A stretch of 64,000 nt of DNA. Source: Bacteroidia bacterium (GTDB lineage: Bacteria > Bacteroidota > Bacteroidia > CAIKAF01). A program made the translations under genes and the position numbers. Shown here piece after piece: positions 27,734 to 38,431 of this stretch. The stretch lies in NCBI GenBank assembly GCA_030427255.1, contig JAUHWY010000016.1, positions 929-64,928 of the forward strand, read 5' to 3'. Positions within the stretch are counted from its first letter, which is position 1; each line of letters opens with the position of its first letter. The notes beneath the pieces were generated by a model. That model saw only the letters and a program-made list of their open reading frames with translations, did no database searches and was not told where the DNA came from.

Positions 27734-29245
27734 ATGCAAAAAAACGTATGCTTGTTGGCCCTTGCTTTGTTCCTGTTTAGCGTGGGAAGAAGTCAATCCA
27801 AAGAGGTCTCTATTGTTCCCTTTACAAAAGGAGTAGGAAAATTCGATGACTATATTGGACATAATGGCCAATATGCGTTTTGGGATTATGGAGGAGGAAG
27901 TAGTACCAAAGCCCAAATACGGCAAGTTAATGTCGAAACAGGACAAGAAGAACGGGTCTTTGCTATAAAACTCCCCAAAAAGCCTAAGGGCATACGTTCA
28001 ATGACCTTTGCAGGTTTATATCCTTTTCTTATTAAAGAGCAGTCGCTTTTTGCCTTCATAACCGCTTCGGATGCTAAGTACAGCTTTTATGAGGTGTTTG
28101 TGCAGGCCTATGACTTGGAAGGGAACTTAGATGGCCCATTGGTTTCGCTATTTAAGATTACCGGGGATTTCATTGGTTTGTCGGTAAATTGGAAGTATAT
28201 TTTCTCACCGGATGGGTCCAAGGTCGCGGTAAGGTTTTCGCCCAAAAGCTCCCTATATACGAAGTACACTGCACATGGGTATGGAGTAATTCTAGACTTA
28301 GTCAAACGAAAAGCAGTAAGCACCAGGTTGTGGATTGCAAGTGAAGAAGATTATTTTCCTTGGCCGCAGGAGTTTTTGGTTGACAATGATGGAGGGCGCT
28401 ACTTCCTTAGATTTTCTAGGGACAAGGAGCATTTCGCTAAAACTCAAGAGTCGATTTGGGCCTTTAATCTGCTCTACATAAGTCCGGGGGCCCCAATCTC
28501 TCAAGCCCAAACCTATACGGTAGACTTCGGTAATAAGCACATCATTTCTTCGAGGGTTCAATGGGATGGAGAGCATATTCTCTTTTCCGGCTGCTTTGAA
28601 GATAGGCCCGGCCAAGGGGCACAGGGAATCTACATGCATAAAGTTCACAAAGACTCTATTTCTTTTCATGGAGTTCAAACCCTAAGGTTCCCGGACTCTT
28701 TACAAACGATGCTTGGGCTCAATAGCAATCCACACTTAAATAAAACAGTTTTTGACTCCAGCAATCATCAGGACAGGGTTGTTGTTAAGCACATTTCGAG
28801 AATGCCTAATGAGGGGTACTTTGTTATAGCCCAGCGAGTGATTAGCTATGAGGTTACCCGGAAGGATCATTTAGGGACATATCCGGAGGCTAGAACTCAG
28901 TTGGGTGATTTAATTCTAATGCGAATTAGCCCTGAAGGAAAGTTCGTCTCTTTAGATATTCAAGATGTAGGAGGCGATGGTTACTCCATTAATAGAATCT
29001 ATGTGTCTCATAAACCAAATGGGGTCACTGGAATACTTGCCCAGAGAAAAGCCATGGATAGTTATTTGTCATTGGTATGGCTAGGGCGTTATGCTCCGGG
29101 AGAAGCCCCGGAGTTCCTTTCCCCAGTTTCATTTCCCGTTCGAGGTAAATCGTTCGTAATCGAAGATAACCCATTGATTATTAATGATGAAATGTACTTT
29201 CCTTATTCAGGATACAATCAAGGTTGGGCAAAATACGTGTATTAA
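27734..29245 (+). CDS. Secreted hypothetical protein (likely beta-propeller), paralog 1 of 3
   Basis: Signal peptide from ATG 27734; 'FSPDGSKV', 'GDLILMRISPEG'. Confidence 0.7.
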   Translation: MQKNVCLLALALFLFSVGRSQSKEVSIVPFTKGVGKFDDYIGHNGQYAFWDYGGGSSTKAQIRQVNVETGQEERVFAIKLPKKPKGIRSMTFAGLYPFLIKEQSLFAFITASDAKYSFYEVFVQAYDLEGNLDGPLVSLFKITGDFIGLSVNWKYIFSPDGSKVAVRFSPKSSLYTKYTAHGYGVILDLVKRKAVSTRLWIASEEDYFPWPQEFLVDNDGGRYFLRFSRDKEHFAKTQESIWAFNLLYISPGAPISQAQTYTVDFGNKHIISSRVQWDGEHILFSGCFEDRPGQGAQGIYMHKVHKDSISFHGVQTLRFPDSLQTMLGLNSNPHLNKTVFDSSNHQDRVVVKHISRMPNEGYFVIAQRVISYEVTRKDHLGTYPEARTQLGDLILMRISPEGKFVSLDIQDVGGDGYSINRIYVSHKPNGVTGILAQRKAMDSYLSLVWLGRYAPGEAPEFLSPVSFPVRGKSFVIEDNPLIINDEMYFPYSGYNQGWAKYVY

Positions 29246-29300
29246 CAGGTGCATTTTCTCATACCATACATTAGAACAATTTTTTAACAACGCAAACCCT

Positions 29301-30902
29301 ATGAGAGTGCTCTTTAGTAAACCAGTAGGAAACTTCGGTTTCGGAATACCAAGGCTTTTTTTCTTCTTCTTATTTCTGTCGTCCTTTTTTATTGTCAATG
29401 GACAAAGTGAGTCCGTTAGCCTAAAGTTGTTGAATCCTGACCTTGGAAAAGGAGACGGCTATATTGGCCAAAACAGCCAAGGCTTTTATTGGGAACATCA
29501 GAAAAAGTACATGTATAAAATTGATATTCTTAGGGTGGATCCGCAAACCGGGAAAAAGACCGACCGAATTGTTTTAAAGAACCCTAAAAAGCCGGATGGA
29601 TTTAAGTATTTTGATTATGCTCAGGGATATCAATACCTTGTGACCGAACAAAACATTTTAGCGTTTTTTTACGGGTCAAACACTAGGGGGAATTCGCGTT
29701 ATATCTATCTCCAAGCCTTTGATTTTAGCGGAAAAACGGTAGGTGATTTAGTGCCTATCTATAAGTATAGTTCTGCCGATGGGGGCCATGGCATATATAA
29801 TAGGAAGTATTTCTCCCCCGATGGAACAAAAGTTGGCATCTTCTTGTATTCCGCTTCCGATTTCTACAATGAAGAGGATGATGTGAACTTTTGGATAGTT
29901 TTTGACTTGGAGGAAATGAAGGTGTTGAGCACAACAAGGTTGGCAGAAGAGAATGAAACCTATTTTAACATACCGGACAATTTTCTGGTGGAGAATAATG
30001 GCGATAGCTATTATATCTCATCCACCCGAGACGATCAAAAGTTTGTCCAAGAAGGCATTCAGTATTGGACCATTGCTTTGCAACACGTCAAAGCCGGCTC
30101 AAAATCCGAAAACATTACCTCTTTTCCCATAGAAGTTGGGATAAAGCACACGACTTATGCTCGCTTGGAAAGAGACGGAGAACATTTCCTATTGACCGGA
30201 ACTTATACCGACAATCCCGGAGAAGGGGCTACCGGACTGTTTTGGCAACGCATGCATAAGGACACGCTGTCTTTAAGAGGCGCCAAGGAAATTCCCTTTT
30301 CTGCAGAAATACAAGAGCAATATGCTGCCGATAAGAATACCTTGTGGAAAGATAAAGTGCTAAAGCCCGCCCATTTATCAGATAGGGTGGAGATTCCCCA
30401 CATTTCTGTTATGCCAAACGGCAACTACTTTTTGATTGCCCAGCGGGCAACAATGTTTGAAAAGTTATTTAAGGATTTGGACAAGGGGGGTAAAATATTT
30501 TCGTCTCCACGGATTCAAGATGGGGATATTGTGTTGCTGAGGATAAGTCCCAAGGGTGACTTGATTTCTATGGACCTTCATATCAAAACTTCCCAAGGGA
30601 ATAGTGGCGGAAGTGTTTTGGTGGTGCATGGTACGGATGGATCTACGGCTCTTTTTTCTAACCTTTACAGCACCGTTAGCAATGGTTATACCACACTAAC
30701 GAACAACATGGTGGAAGTATGCCAATACAAAGCCGGTGAATCCCCGGTCTTTAACATTCAAAGTAAATACAACGATCTTGGATTGGGCTCCAATTTAATT
30801 CATTGGAATGGGGAAGTGTATTTCGAGTACAGTAGTTTCACCACCGGCCTTACCGGGGAACGGTTGTATAACTATGGATTGGGGAAGTTTGAATTTAAGT
30901 AA
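29301..30902 (+). CDS. Secreted hypothetical protein (likely beta-propeller), paralog 2 of 3
   Basis: Start at ATG 29301; 'YIGQN', 'FSPDGTKV', 'GDIVLLRISPKG' align with paralog 1. Confidence 0.7.
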   Translation: MRVLFSKPVGNFGFGIPRLFFFFLFLSSFFIVNGQSESVSLKLLNPDLGKGDGYIGQNSQGFYWEHQKKYMYKIDILRVDPQTGKKTDRIVLKNPKKPDGFKYFDYAQGYQYLVTEQNILAFFYGSNTRGNSRYIYLQAFDFSGKTVGDLVPIYKYSSADGGHGIYNRKYFSPDGTKVGIFLYSASDFYNEEDDVNFWIVFDLEEMKVLSTTRLAEENETYFNIPDNFLVENNGDSYYISSTRDDQKFVQEGIQYWTIALQHVKAGSKSENITSFPIEVGIKHTTYARLERDGEHFLLTGTYTDNPGEGATGLFWQRMHKDTLSLRGAKEIPFSAEIQEQYAADKNTLWKDKVLKPAHLSDRVEIPHISVMPNGNYFLIAQRATMFEKLFKDLDKGGKIFSSPRIQDGDIVLLRISPKGDLISMDLHIKTSQGNSGGSVLVVHGTDGSTALFSNLYSTVSNGYTTLTNNMVEVCQYKAGESPVFNIQSKYNDLGLGSNLIHWNGEVYFEYSSFTTGLTGERLYNYGLGKFEFK

Positions 30903-31175
30903 GGCTTAAGCCTTGCGTAGTTTGGCAAAGTATTGGTCTTAAAAAGTCATTCGGGAAGATGCTTTATTTTTTTTAGTCCCCAAACATTGCAGCGCAAAAG
31001 TTTGAACTGGTAAATGTGTTTTGTTCCATTAGGGACTCTTTTAAGCAGTTGGAAATAAGGGTTTTGGTATGCGTTTCCCTTGTCGGCGTTACAATAGCAC
31101 TTGGAATATACTTACAAAGTTGTTAGTTTAGCTCCTCAATTTTAAACATTATTAACTCAATCATCCGTATTTCTT

Positions 31176-32843
31176 ATGATTCGATGGATTAGGACTGGAA
31201 TTGCACTTCGTGCAAATTTCCTCGGATTGCTCTTGTTTGCTTCTGCACTTTTGTGGCATACAGGTTTAAGCCTAAACGCACAGGGCCCAAAGTATAAGGT
31301 GGAAATGGGCACTAGGGTGAAGTACAAGAAAAAGCACGGTCAATATCCGGCCGCTATTATTGGAGCTAATGCTTCGGGCGTTTATATGATGCGCGCCAAG
31401 TATACCATTATTCCATTGCCCTACTACACCATTGTAATTAAAAAAGATATCCTGGCCAAGTTGGATCGGAATAGCTACGAAGTGATTTGGAGCAAAGAGG
31501 TCTTCGATAAAAAGTACAGCTCAAAAGGGAAAGTACTATGGTATCTTGGACCTTATTTGATAAAGGGCAAGTTGCATGCCTTCCCAATGGTCTACGAAAA
31601 GAAGAATAAGAGGGTGTATTTGTACCACCAAGAGTTTGATGATTTTGGCGAGTATGTGGGCAAGCCGCAATTGCTGCATAAGGAAACTGTGAAATCCAAA
31701 AAGAAAGCCCCGGATTTTTCCCTTCGGTTTTCTCAAGATAGTTCTAAGGTCTGTTTAAAGGTGGAGCCGGATAAGGGTAAAAAAAGTAAAGGCTCGTATT
31801 CTTTTGTTGTTTACGACCTGGGAAAAAGTGAGATGGTCGAAACCTATGAACCCCGATTTAAAGCAAATCTGGAGGATATTCAACTGGAAGACTATGAAGT
31901 AGGCAACGACGGAAGCCTAATGATTGCCCATGGAGAAAGGGACAAGGGCGCCAAAAAGCGCAAGGTGGACGATACCTGGGAGTTCTTTCTTAGCTATTAT
32001 ACCCCGGAAGGCAGGGATCGTCCTGTGGCAGAAACTGCTGTTGAGATTTCCGGCAAATATATTTCCGGTTTAACCTTAGCCCAGTCCGGAGACCTGATTG
32101 CTTGTTCCGGTTTTTACAGCGACAAAAGCTCTTCGAGCGTAACCGGAGCATTTCATCAATTGTTTGATGTTAAGGAAAAGGCGTTTATTTCTCAGAATAA
32201 CCAAGACCTTGAGGCAAAAATCATTCGCGAGTTTGATACCACCAAAAAGAAGCGGAAGACCAAAGGGAAAAAGGCCGAAGAAAACGGAGTGGAAAACATT
32301 CAAGTGCGCGAAGTTTTGCTCACCCAAGATGGAAATACCATTTTGATTGGAGAGAAGTTTAGTTGGGAAGTCCATTGCGTAACCACCCAAAGCGGTAGAC
32401 GTTGTTATAATGTATATAATTATGGTGACTTGCTTGTAACTACGATTTCTCCGGAAGGTGAGATTTTACAAACCCGTCGTGTGGTTAAATTAAAAACGAC
32501 CAATGCTCCCCTTGGAAAAGGGTACAACAGCGTCTTGCATGCCGATGGAACCCTTTCTTTGTTTTTTGATGCCGATAAAAAAGACCTAAACAAAACTTCC
32601 TCAGGCAAAGCCACTTCAGGAGGAAAAATAAAACATATGACGCTTAAGCTTCTGAATATTTTGCCCGATGGCGAGATGACTACCCAGTCGGTTATTGACT
32701 ACAGCCAGCATAAAAAGATTTTTGTTTGGATGGTGAGAAGTTTGGATTCCGAGACCATCGTTTTCCTGTATGGAAGAACGGGTCTATTTGCCGGTAGGAA
32801 ACAAGGCATGGGGATGCTGCACTTACAAAAGGGAAGAAGTTAG
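31176..32843 (+). CDS. Secreted hypothetical protein (likely beta-propeller), paralog 3 of 3, Lys-rich
   Basis: 'FSQDSSKV', 'CSGFYSD', 'LIGE', 'YGDLLVTTISPEG'. Confidence 0.7.
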   Translation: MIRWIRTGIALRANFLGLLLFASALLWHTGLSLNAQGPKYKVEMGTRVKYKKKHGQYPAAIIGANASGVYMMRAKYTIIPLPYYTIVIKKDILAKLDRNSYEVIWSKEVFDKKYSSKGKVLWYLGPYLIKGKLHAFPMVYEKKNKRVYLYHQEFDDFGEYVGKPQLLHKETVKSKKKAPDFSLRFSQDSSKVCLKVEPDKGKKSKGSYSFVVYDLGKSEMVETYEPRFKANLEDIQLEDYEVGNDGSLMIAHGERDKGAKKRKVDDTWEFFLSYYTPEGRDRPVAETAVEISGKYISGLTLAQSGDLIACSGFYSDKSSSSVTGAFHQLFDVKEKAFISQNNQDLEAKIIREFDTTKKKRKTKGKKAEENGVENIQVREVLLTQDGNTILIGEKFSWEVHCVTTQSGRRCYNVYNYGDLLVTTISPEGEILQTRRVVKLKTTNAPLGKGYNSVLHADGTLSLFFDADKKDLNKTSSGKATSGGKIKHMTLKLLNILPDGEMTTQSVIDYSQHKKIFVWMVRSLDSETIVFLYGRTGLFAGRKQGMGMLHLQKGRS

Positions 32844-32896
32844 GCTATTTCTGACTTAGATTCCTGCTCCCCAAAGTACTTCCGTATTTTTGTTCC

Positions 32897-33370
32897 ATGA
32901 ATACTCATGAAGCATTTATGCGGGAGGCCATTCGCCTCTCCCGTGAATATATGGAAAAGGGCCTTGGTGGTCCCTTTGGCTGCGTAGTGGTAAAAGACGG
33001 CGAAATCGTTGGACGGGGCTGGAATAAAGTTACCTCTTCCAACGACCCTACCGCCCATGCCGAGGTGAGTGCCATACGAGATGCTTGTGCCAATTTAGGG
33101 AGTTTTCAACTCAGCGGCTGCACGGTGTATACCAGCTGTGAACCCTGCCCCATGTGTCTTGGAGCCTTGTATTGGGCACGTCCGGACAAGGTGTACTACG
33201 GCAACAGCAAAACAGATGCCGCTGCCATTGGCTTTGACGATTCCTTTATTTATGAAGAATTGCAATTGCCTTTGCCCAAACGCAGCATGCCCTTGGAGCC
33301 CCTTTTGGCTAAAGAAGCAAAATTGGTGTTCGACGCTTGGGCCGCAAAGGAGGACAAAATAGAATACTGA
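32897..33370 (+). CDS. guaD: Nucleoside deaminase, guanine deaminase-like (cytidine deaminase fold)
   Basis: 'GGPFG', 'DPTAHAE', 'SCEPCPMC', 'GFDDSFIY'; TATTTTTG at 32885-32892. Confidence 0.85.
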   Translation: MNTHEAFMREAIRLSREYMEKGLGGPFGCVVVKDGEIVGRGWNKVTSSNDPTAHAEVSAIRDACANLGSFQLSGCTVYTSCEPCPMCLGALYWARPDKVYYGNSKTDAAAIGFDDSFIYEELQLPLPKRSMPLEPLLAKEAKLVFDAWAAKEDKIEY

Positions 33371-33420
33371 CCATTTTCTAAGTTAAGGCTTAGGATAATG
33401 GTTTTAGGAAATGGAGCCTC

Positions 33421-33550
33421 CCGGCCCTAAGTGAGGACCCTCCGAAGCCCATGCGCGTCTATTGGGGAGCCGGACATGGCTTGCCTAAGCAAGACCCTGT
33501 GCGGCCACCCAATAGGCGCATGGGCAAGGAAGGCCGAACCCGGTGGCCGG
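33421..33550. repeat. Long GC-rich hairpin between convergent genes, probable divergent member of the dispersed element family
   Basis: CCGGCC/GGCCGG termini; GCCCATGCGC.TCTATTGGG / CCCAATAGGCGCATGGGC stem. Confidence 0.55.
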
Positions 33551-33607
33551 ATAGAATAGTAGCATTGCCTACGAAGCAAAGGCCCAAATCCTAAGAATGC
33601 TTTGCTT

Positions 33608-34876
33608 TTAGCGGTCCCTGTCGGTGCGGGAATTGAGCTCGGTGTAGCCAACCAGTCGGTGGGCAATGTCTCCAACGCCGCGCACATAGACCAAAATGGT
33701 GTACTTGTTTTCGGTTTCGGAGTGGCTGCCTTCGATGGGGCTGAGGTCGGCGCTGTTGCTGCCGTTTGCTTTGAAGCCGTACATATAATTGTACAAGCCT
33801 TGTTTCATGGGCACGGACAGGTAGTAAATGTTGTTTGCCTCGTCAAATCGGAGTCGGAACCGGTCGTCGAGTTGGCCGTTGCTTAGGGCGCCGATGAGGT
33901 ACACCTCGCCATCGGGGTAGCGTTGGCCGGCGTCGAGCAAGAAATGGACCTGAATATAGTCTTCGTCCATGGTTTGGGTGTAGTTTTCTTGCAAATGGTA
34001 AATGCATGCGCCGTTGATGTCGGGTTGGTCTGAGTAGGCGCGTTGGACGCGCGGCAGTTCGGGCCGGAGCCGTGCATGGAATTGTCCATCGATGGTTTGA
34101 AAAGCCATTACCGGATCGCGCATAACCATGAGGGACTTTAAATCGAGCAGGCGGTATTGGTTGCCTCCGGGGAACGCATTGTCGCCGTTTACGTGGTCGT
34201 AGTGCAATACATTTGCTTCGGCGTAGCGCGGTTTAAGGTCCATGATGGCGTTGTCCCACCGGTCGTTTTGAAGAATAGCGACAAAAATATCTTCGTGTTG
34301 GTCCTGAATGTTTAGGAATTCCAGGTTTAGGTCAAATACCACTTCTTGGTGGCTAAGTCGTTGGCGGGTAGAGCTGGCGCTTCGAACCATGGCGTTTATG
34401 CCAAGGGAGGGGTCTACGACCAGCAATCGCCTTTGAAAAACCGTTTCTTCGGGGTGGTCGGTAGGGAACACCTGCACCAAATAATTGCCTCCCATAAGCG
34501 GCTTCATCATGTCGTTGGGAAAGCGGAACCAATAGTGTGTAAATGGCCTTGTGGCGCTGTTTGAGAAGCCAAAGTCGAGGATTTCGAAGCTTTCAAAGCC
34601 GTTCATATACTGCATAAAATTGAGGTCGGAGGCTTGCCAGTCGGGTGTGCAGTGAATGACCCGGTAGCTGTAGCTTTTGCTGTCGAAATTGAGGTCATCA
34701 AACCCGATTTCGAGCACCTGATTGGAGTTTAGCTCAATAACGGGAGGCAGCAGAGGTTCACCCGGCGGGTGAATTTCGGTAGAGAAAATATTGGGTAAAA
34801 AGACGGCGTCTTTAAGTTCTTGGCCGCTAAGATTTAGCGAAAAAGAAACGGCAAAAAGCAAGAGAAAAAGGCGCAT
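33608..34876 (-). CDS. T9SS Plug protein (DUF5103)
   Basis: 'L...FDDL......Y.Y...HC..DW..SDL', 'ILQN.RW', 'F.GGN.YR', 'DING', 'KQG.YNY.Y', 'EG.H..TEN.Y.ILVY'. Confidence 0.8.
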   Translation of the reverse strand: MRLFLLLFAVSFSLNLSGQELKDAVFLPNIFSTEIHPPGEPLLPPVIELNSNQVLEIGFDDLNFDSKSYSYRVIHCTPDWQASDLNFMQYMNGFESFEILDFGFSNSATRPFTHYWFRFPNDMMKPLMGGNYLVQVFPTDHPEETVFQRRLLVVDPSLGINAMVRSASSTRQRLSHQEVVFDLNLEFLNIQDQHEDIFVAILQNDRWDNAIMDLKPRYAEANVLHYDHVNGDNAFPGGNQYRLLDLKSLMVMRDPVMAFQTIDGQFHARLRPELPRVQRAYSDQPDINGACIYHLQENYTQTMDEDYIQVHFLLDAGQRYPDGEVYLIGALSNGQLDDRFRLRFDEANNIYYLSVPMKQGLYNYMYGFKANGSNSADLSPIEGSHSETENKYTILVYVRGVGDIAHRLVGYTELNSRTDRDR

Positions 34877-34990
34877 TTGGGAACCAATTGGAGTAATCAT
34901 GTGTTACAAAATACAAATGCATGTTAAAAATATCATAGCTCAATCTGAGGAAAAACCGAAACATCCCCTGTTTGGGTTAGGGTTTTTCTA

Positions 34991-34998
34991 TAAATTTG
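34991..34998 (+). promoter_or_regulatory. -7 box of the nqr operon
   Basis: TAAATTTG 24 nt upstream of the nqrA ATG. Confidence 0.7.
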
Positions 34999-35022
34999 CA
35001 CCCATTCATTAAGTGAACCGGC

Positions 35023-36408
35023 ATGGGAAACACCATCAACATACGGAAAGGGCTTGACATTCGTTTGGTAGGCGAAGCCGATAAAGTGATTGTACAAGGC
35101 CAAATGCCCGAGATTGTGGCCATAAAACCAACCGATTTTGTAGGCACCAGGCCAAAAGCCTTGGTTAATGTAGGCGACGAAGTTTTGGCCGGTACTCCGG
35201 TTTTGATGGACAAGCATAATCCTGCATATCAAGTGGTTTCACCGGTAAGCGGTGAGGTTGTAGAACTGGTACGCGGAGCTAAACGCAAATTGCTTGCCAT
35301 AAAAATTTTGGCCGACAAGGAAACCCGTTATTTGGATGCTCCTGTGGTGGACTGGAAAGCCGCCAGCCAAGAAGAGCTGTGCAGTTTTTTAGGAGATCGT
35401 GGCGCATGGGCTTTTATTCGCACCAAGCCTTACGATGCGGTGGCCTTTCCCGACATTAAGCCCAAAGCAGTTTTTGTAAGCGCATTTGATACAGCGCCTT
35501 TAGCTGCAGATGTGGAGTTCTTAATGCAAGGGAAAGAAAAAGATTTTGCCCTTGGTCTTGAGGTTTTAGCGAAGGTTTCCGGAGCAAAGGTGCATTTGAA
35601 TTTGCATGACAAACTCAATACCAATAAGGTGTTTACCGAAGCTCAAGGGGTAGAGAAGCATGTCTTTTCAGGAAAGCACCCGGCCAGCTCTGTGAGCGTG
35701 CAGGCGCATCATATTGACCCAATTAACCGAGGTGAGTTTATTTGGTATGTGCATCCCGTAGATGTTGCTTTAATTGGTAAGCTGTGCACCACAGGCCAAT
35801 TTGATGCAACGCGTTTGGTGGCCGTTGCCGGCCCTAAAGTAAAAAAGGGGAAATACATTCGCACGGTGCTGGGAGCGCAGCTCAAGCATATTGCCACCGA
35901 CGACAATTTAGAGGATTCCACTTTTGGAAATCGCTATATTTCGGGTAATGTGCTCACCGGCGATAAGGAAGGGCCGGAAGGTTATTTGGGCATGTTCCAT
36001 CACCAAGTAACGGTATTGGCTGAGGGAAAACATAAGGAGTTTTTGGGCTGGGCGGCGCCCGGTCTCAATAAGTTCAGTGTTTCCAGAACCTTCTTTTCTT
36101 GGTTGATGCCCGGGAAGAAATATGCGCTTACCACCAATAAGAATGGTGAGGAACGCGCCTTTGTAGTCACCGGTGAGTACGATAAGGTATTCCCTATGGA
36201 TATTTATCCGGTGCAATTGCTTAAAGCTATACACACCGGCGATATAGAATTGCAAGAGCAATTGGGTATTTATGAAGTTTCGCCCGAGGACTTTGCTCTG
36301 TGTGAGTTTGTTTGCACTTCCAAAATCGAAAGCCAACAAATGGTGCGCCAAGCCCATGAGGTGCTTTATGGAGAGTTGGTGCAAAGTATGAAAGAACCTG
36401 TTCACTAA
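35023..36408 (+). CDS. nqrA: Na+-translocating NADH:quinone reductase subunit A
   Basis: 'I.KGLDI.L.G', 'SPVSG.V', 'ISG.VL.G', 'EDFALCEFVC.SK'; first gene of a six-gene operon. Confidence 0.97.
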   Translation: MGNTINIRKGLDIRLVGEADKVIVQGQMPEIVAIKPTDFVGTRPKALVNVGDEVLAGTPVLMDKHNPAYQVVSPVSGEVVELVRGAKRKLLAIKILADKETRYLDAPVVDWKAASQEELCSFLGDRGAWAFIRTKPYDAVAFPDIKPKAVFVSAFDTAPLAADVEFLMQGKEKDFALGLEVLAKVSGAKVHLNLHDKLNTNKVFTEAQGVEKHVFSGKHPASSVSVQAHHIDPINRGEFIWYVHPVDVALIGKLCTTGQFDATRLVAVAGPKVKKGKYIRTVLGAQLKHIATDDNLEDSTFGNRYISGNVLTGDKEGPEGYLGMFHHQVTVLAEGKHKEFLGWAAPGLNKFSVSRTFFSWLMPGKKYALTTNKNGEERAFVVTGEYDKVFPMDIYPVQLLKAIHTGDIELQEQLGIYEVSPEDFALCEFVCTSKIESQQMVRQAHEVLYGELVQSMKEPVH

Positions 36409-36426
36409 ACGATTATACGAGGATAG

Positions 36427-37650
36427 ATGAAGCCATTGAGAAATTTAATGGACAAACTCGAGCCCAATTTTCAAGAGGGCGGTAAGTGGCACAAGTATTG
36501 GCCACTTTACGATGGGTTTGCCACGTTTTTGTTTACTCCCGGTCATGCGACGGGAAAGGGGGCACACATTCGCGACTCCATTGACCTAAAGCGTACCATG
36601 GCCATGGTTATTTTAGCCATGGTTCCCGCTATGTTGATTGGAATGTACAATGTGGGGTTCCAGCACTTCCGCGCTTTAGGCGAGGAGGCAGCCTTTATGG
36701 ATACCTTTTTGTACGGCGCCTTAAAGGTGTTGCCACTCATTATCGTTTCCTACGGGGTTGGTCTTGGAGTTGAATTTTTGTTCTGCATTATAAAAGGACA
36801 CCAAATCAACGAAGGTTTTTTGGTTTCGGGCATGCTTATTCCATTGGTTTGTCCACCGGACCTTCCCTTGTGGATGCTGGCCGTGGCCGTAATCTTTGCC
36901 GTAGTTATTGGAAAGGAAGTTTTTGGAGGAACGGGCATGAACGTGTTGAACGTGGCCTTGACCGCACGTGCCTTTTTGTTCTTTGCCTACCCTGCGGATA
37001 TTTCCGGAGACAAGGTATGGATTAGCGGCAACCTAGTAGCCGCCGGCGAGAATGCCAATGTGGTAGATGGATATACCGGAGAAACGGCGCTTGCTCAGTT
37101 TGCCAAAGTAGGTGGCGAAGTAAGTCATTTGGGCGGTGTAGCCTACGACGGCATCAGCGACTTTTTAATGGCCGGTTTTATCGGCTTGGTACCCGGATCT
37201 GTTGGTGAAACCAGTGCCCTTGGCATTTTGTTGGGAGCACTTATTTTAATTGCCACAGGAATTGGTAGTTGGAGAATTATGCTTTCTGTAGTTGCCGGTG
37301 GTTTGGCCATGGGTTATTTGCTGAATGGCGTAGCCGGCATGTTCCCCGACAATCCTTATTTGGCTATTCCTCCATTTTATCATTTGATTTTTGGTGGCTT
37401 TGCCTTTGGGGCTGTGTTTATGGCCACAGACCCTGTTACTGCCTCTCAGACCCCAACGGGTAAATACATTTACGGCTTTTTGATAGGTGTTCTTGCCGTA
37501 ATTATTCGGGTATTGAACCCGGCTTATCCGGAAGGTATGATGCTGGCCATATTGTTTATGAATGTAATGGCCCCATTGATTGATCACTACGTTATTCAGT
37601 CCAATATCAAACGTCGCCTTAAGCGCACCAAAGCTTTAGCCCATGCCTAA
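36427..37650 (+). CDS. nqrB: Na+-NQR subunit B
   Basis: 'HIRDSIDLKRTM', 'KEVFGGTG', 'VDGYTGETAL', 'FMATDPV', 'PAYPEG'. Confidence 0.97.
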   Translation: MKPLRNLMDKLEPNFQEGGKWHKYWPLYDGFATFLFTPGHATGKGAHIRDSIDLKRTMAMVILAMVPAMLIGMYNVGFQHFRALGEEAAFMDTFLYGALKVLPLIIVSYGVGLGVEFLFCIIKGHQINEGFLVSGMLIPLVCPPDLPLWMLAVAVIFAVVIGKEVFGGTGMNVLNVALTARAFLFFAYPADISGDKVWISGNLVAAGENANVVDGYTGETALAQFAKVGGEVSHLGGVAYDGISDFLMAGFIGLVPGSVGETSALGILLGALILIATGIGSWRIMLSVVAGGLAMGYLLNGVAGMFPDNPYLAIPPFYHLIFGGFAFGAVFMATDPVTASQTPTGKYIYGFLIGVLAVIIRVLNPAYPEGMMLAILFMNVMAPLIDHYVIQSNIKRRLKRTKALAHA

Positions 37651-38413
37651 TACAGAAAGTAACAGCTACACCATCCTTTTTTCTGCCATCTTGGTAGTGG
37701 CAGTGGGTGTTTTGCTCACTCTGGTATTTTCTTGGACCAATCCAAGTTACCTTAAGAGTGTGGAATTAGAAAAGCGGCAAAATATTTTGTCTGCTGCTCT
37801 AGGGAAATCGGTTGACCGCGAGCAAGCGGAAAGCATGTTTGACCAATACATCACGGATATGGCTATGTATACCGCCGATGGTGCCTTGGTAGAAGATGGC
37901 AGCGAAACCGCCTTTACCTTAAACCAAGCCAAGGAAGTAAAAAAGGGAGCCGACGAAGAGCGCTTCCCCATGTTTAAGTTCCAAAACGGCGATACCGTAC
38001 GCTATGTGTTGGGCATGCGTGGAACCGGCCTTTGGGGTCCGGTTTGGGGATTTATTGCCATTGAGTCGGATTTGAACACGGTATTTAACGCCAATTTTGA
38101 CCATAAGTCGGAAACTCCGGGTTTGGGTGCCGAAATCAAAACCGACATGTTCGAAGGACAATTCCGACCTAAAGATGGCAACGCCAAAGAATTGTACGGC
38201 GACGACGGAAGCTTTAAGGGCATCCGTGTGGAAAAGACCGGTAAAGTGCCACAGTCCAGTCCCGAATACCAACATGTGGTGGACGGGATTTCCGGAGGTA
38301 CCATTACTTCGAATGGCGTGAGCGATATGCTGCAAAAATATTTGCAAGCCTTTACCAATTATGCTGAGAAAAACGGACTCAAAACCCAAGGCCAAGCTTT
38401 GTTGGTTGATTAA
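37643..38413 (+). CDS. nqrC: Na+-NQR subunit C
   Basis: 'G.GLWG', 'H.SETPGLG', 'VDGISGGTITS.GV'. Confidence 0.96.
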   Translation: MPNTESNSYTILFSAILVVAVGVLLTLVFSWTNPSYLKSVELEKRQNILSAALGKSVDREQAESMFDQYITDMAMYTADGALVEDGSETAFTLNQAKEVKKGADEERFPMFKFQNGDTVRYVLGMRGTGLWGPVWGFIAIESDLNTVFNANFDHKSETPGLGAEIKTDMFEGQFRPKDGNAKELYGDDGSFKGIRVEKTGKVPQSSPEYQHVVDGISGGTITSNGVSDMLQKYLQAFTNYAEKNGLKTQGQALLVD

Positions 38414-38431
38414 CGATTAATATTCCTTACC

